Source of the DNA: a virus
Taxonomy: Duplodnaviria > Caudoviricetes
Reading direction: 5' to 3' (one strand)
Length of the DNA: 26,839 nt
Virus record (IMG/VR): IMGVR_UViG_3300016476_000872
Span: 1-26,839 of that record
A program made the translations under genes and the position numbers. Under the pieces are notes generated by a model that saw only the letters and a list, made by a program, of their open reading frames with translations, was not told the DNA's origin and did no database searches. Below, piece by piece: positions 25,018 through 26,839 of this stretch (position 1 is the first letter of the stretch; each line of letters starts with the position of its first letter).

Positions 25018-25368
25018 GAAATCACTGTGGAGAAACGCGCTCAGACTGCCCTCTTTCTACAGGGTTGGTTTCTGGTCATTCAAACCCTCCTCTGGGGGGT
25101 CATATCGATTGCCGCGTGCGACCTTGACGATGTGGGCCTGACTGTTTACGCAGTTCTGATTTCGGTCACCAGCGCATACTCCCTACTTACTAAAAATGCC
25201 AACCTGCTTGCTTATTGCTTCTTGGCTGCTGCGACCATGTGGGCAGGGAGCGCTGCCGCTCTGTGGATTACAGGGCACGATGCGGTTGCCGTTTTCTTTG
25301 CTTTCTGTCTTGCTGCTATTCACTCCGGATTTTTCATCATGATTGGATGCAAGGGTGTCAAGAGATGA
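25015..25368 (+). CDS. Multi-pass membrane protein (about 4 TM), holin-like
   Basis: Four hydrophobic stretches in 117 aa, basic C-terminus; ATGA overlap with the next gene. Confidence 0.7.
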   Translation: MEITVEKRAQTALFLQGWFLVIQTLLWGVISIAACDLDDVGLTVYAVLISVTSAYSLLTKNANLLAYCFLAAATMWAGSAAALWITGHDAVAVFFAFCLAAIHSGFFIMIGCKGVKR

Positions 25369-25712
25369 GAAACTGGTTTGACAATCTTTTTATCGCAGCG
25401 GCAACAATCATTACCGGCGTTCTTTCTTGGCTTGCCGCTAGATACGCACAGAAAAATCAATCAATCAGTGCTTCTGCAACCAGAGAGATTGATCGAGTTC
25501 GAGTAGACGACGAGCACACCAAAGTTATTCTGGACGGGTATTCAGACATGGTTGACAACCTGCGAGATGAAGTGGGCCGCCTGAATCAGGTCATTGAGAC
25601 ACTTCGTAAAGAGCAAGAAGAGTGTGAGCGCCGCAATGATGAGATGGCCTCGCTACTTCTTGACCTCCAGCGCCGCCTTGCAAACCTAGAAGGAGAACGG
25701 GATGTCAAATGA
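25365..25712 (+). CDS. Single-TM plus coiled-coil protein (lysis-cassette type)
   Basis: Starts at ATG 25365 (MRNWFDNLFIAAATIITGVLSWLAARY...), followed by a heptad-rich charged C-terminus. Confidence 0.75.
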   Translation: MRNWFDNLFIAAATIITGVLSWLAARYAQKNQSISASATREIDRVRVDDEHTKVILDGYSDMVDNLRDEVGRLNQVIETLRKEQEECERRNDEMASLLLDLQRRLANLEGERDVK

Positions 25713-25938
25713 TGACCAAGAAGCATTTGAAGAAATCATTAGAGGCGCCATGCCCGGAAGGGTCATCAGCAACTACATCCTGATTTGCGAAGTTTTATCT
25801 GGAAACGGGTCTGAGTTGTCAATCGTTACTTCAGATTCGCTCACGCCTTGGCTTGGTACTGGGATGTTACAATCTGCAATGGACATGATGCACGGAGCAG
25901 AAGACATCATGTTCCTAGATTCCGAAGACGAGGAGTAA
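25702..25938 (+). CDS. Small acidic hypothetical protein
   Basis: SD AAGGAG; 78 aa; 'TPWLGTGML' motif. Confidence 0.72.
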   Translation: MSNDDQEAFEEIIRGAMPGRVISNYILICEVLSGNGSELSIVTSDSLTPWLGTGMLQSAMDMMHGAEDIMFLDSEDEE

Positions 25939-25943
25939 CTCCA

Positions 25944-26180
25944 ATGGGAAGCACTACTACTGGCCAGCAAGGCATTGATCAGGCCGTCAAGGGCCTTGTA
26001 ATCGGGCTGCTTACTTGGCTTGCGATGAAGTTTGAAGTTCCGGCAGAGGTCACGGTTCCAGCGATGGCTTTGGTGGGTCTAGGTCTCGCGTGGCTGTCAA
26101 CCAAGGTTGGTGCCGATAAGTCAACCGCTTCTTTTGTTGGCCCTAAGGCCGCAGCCGAGGCGCCAGCAGAAGACGCCTGA
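25944..26180 (+). CDS. Small 2-TM membrane protein, putative holin
   Basis: SD GAGGAG before ATG 25944; two hydrophobic helices; C-terminal 'VGADKSTASFV'. Confidence 0.7.
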   Translation: MGSTTTGQQGIDQAVKGLVIGLLTWLAMKFEVPAEVTVPAMALVGLGLAWLSTKVGADKSTASFVGPKAAAEAPAEDA

Positions 26181-26202
26181 ACTCCTAGATCCGCTACCTA
26201 GG

Positions 26203-26241
26203 AAGTGAGCAGTCGCGGTCATCGGCCGCGGCTGCTTACTT
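26203..26241 (+). terminator. 18-bp stem-loop (putative intrinsic terminator or processing site)
   Basis: AAGTGAGCAGTCGCGGTC-ATC-GGCCGCGGCTGCTTACTT. The three non-Watson-Crick pairs are all G-U on the + strand. Confidence 0.78.
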
Positions 26242-26286
26242 TCCCCCGGTATTGGGTCTTCTAGAATGGGTTCGCTAGGAGGCGTA

Positions 26287-26634
26287 ATGATTGCTGGTAC
26301 CTACAAGATCACTTGCGATCAAGGCGCTACGTTCGAGCGCGTCTTCACGGTCAAAGACGGTGCAGGCGATCTGTTGAATCTAACTGGATACACCGCCCGA
26401 ATGCAGGTTCGTCCAGAGATTGACTCGGACGAAGTGCTTGTTGAACTGACCACGCAGAATGGTCGCATCACCCTTGGCGGCGCCGCAGGCACGATCACGC
26501 TGTCGCTCAGCGCAGCAACTACCGCCGGGATCGACAAGGACGGGCATTACGACCTTGAGATCATTTCGGCGGGAGGTGAAGTATCCCGAGTATTGAAGGG
26601 TCGATTTGTTCTTGATCCCGAGGTCACAAGATGA
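26287..26634 (+). CDS. Conserved virion protein, Ig-like/BppU-N-like fibre adaptor
   Basis: SD AGGAGG; 'DQGATF......D..G...NLTGYTARMQVR...GTITLSLSAATT....GHYDLEI...G.V.RVL.G.F...PEVTR'. Confidence 0.7.
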   Translation: MIAGTYKITCDQGATFERVFTVKDGAGDLLNLTGYTARMQVRPEIDSDEVLVELTTQNGRITLGGAAGTITLSLSAATTAGIDKDGHYDLEIISAGGEVSRVLKGRFVLDPEVTR

Positions 26635-26839
26635 CCGGGGAACAGGCGGTATCTGTTGAAGTAGTAGTTGCTGCTCCGAATGACGTAACCGTTTCGGAAG
26701 TGGTCAATACGGTTGTTGTCAACGAAGAATCACCAAGCCAAGTAACCGTATACACGCCGGGCATTCAGGGCGCTAGTGGTCCCATTGGCCCCACCGGCCC
26801 ACAGGGGTCTCTTGGTCCAACTGGTCCGACTGGTGCAAC
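26631..26839 (+). CDS. Collagen-like (Gly-X-Y) fibre protein, 3' truncated; not in the ORF track
   Basis: ATGA overlap. MTGEQAVSVEVVVAAPNDVTVSEVVNTVVVNEESPSQVTVYTP is followed by GIQ GAS GPI GPT GPQ GSL GPT GPT GA running to the window end. Confidence 0.85.
   Translation, partial: MTGEQAVSVEVVVAAPNDVTVSEVVNTVVVNEESPSQVTVYTPGIQGASGPIGPTGPQGSLGPTGPTGA

Overview
A 26.8-kb segment of a tailed dsDNA phage with a contractile (myovirus-type) tail. All credible genes lie on the + strand and are tightly packed, many with ATGA/TAATG overlaps. The window opens with the 3' end of the terminase large subunit. No portal or capsid genes follow. Instead there is an ~8-kb DNA-transaction block: Rad52/Sak annealase, Cas4/AddB-like Fe-S nuclease, GT-B glycosyltransferase, HNH, RuvC-like resolvase, a stand-alone ParB/Srx protein, and a PP-loop PAPS-reductase-like + ParB (IbrA/IbrB- or YbdN/YbdM-like) pair. 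Next come a Lys-free, Arg-rich protamine-like ORF, neck genes, sheath, tube, a tail chaperone with a -1-frame extension, and a tape measure with a C-terminal M15-like Zn peptidase. These are followed by baseplate genes (including a spike-fibre fusion), a second collar/HxH fibre, membrane (holin-like) genes and the start of a collagen-like fibre. Leaderless-type promoters and the membrane-gene cassette hint at an actinobacterial host (inference). The best candidate for an undescribed system is the ParB / PP-loop adenylating enzyme / ParB (+ glycosyltransferase) module between terminase and neck genes, possibly a packaging-linked DNA or virion modification system. All family assignments come from motif recognition by eye, not database searches.
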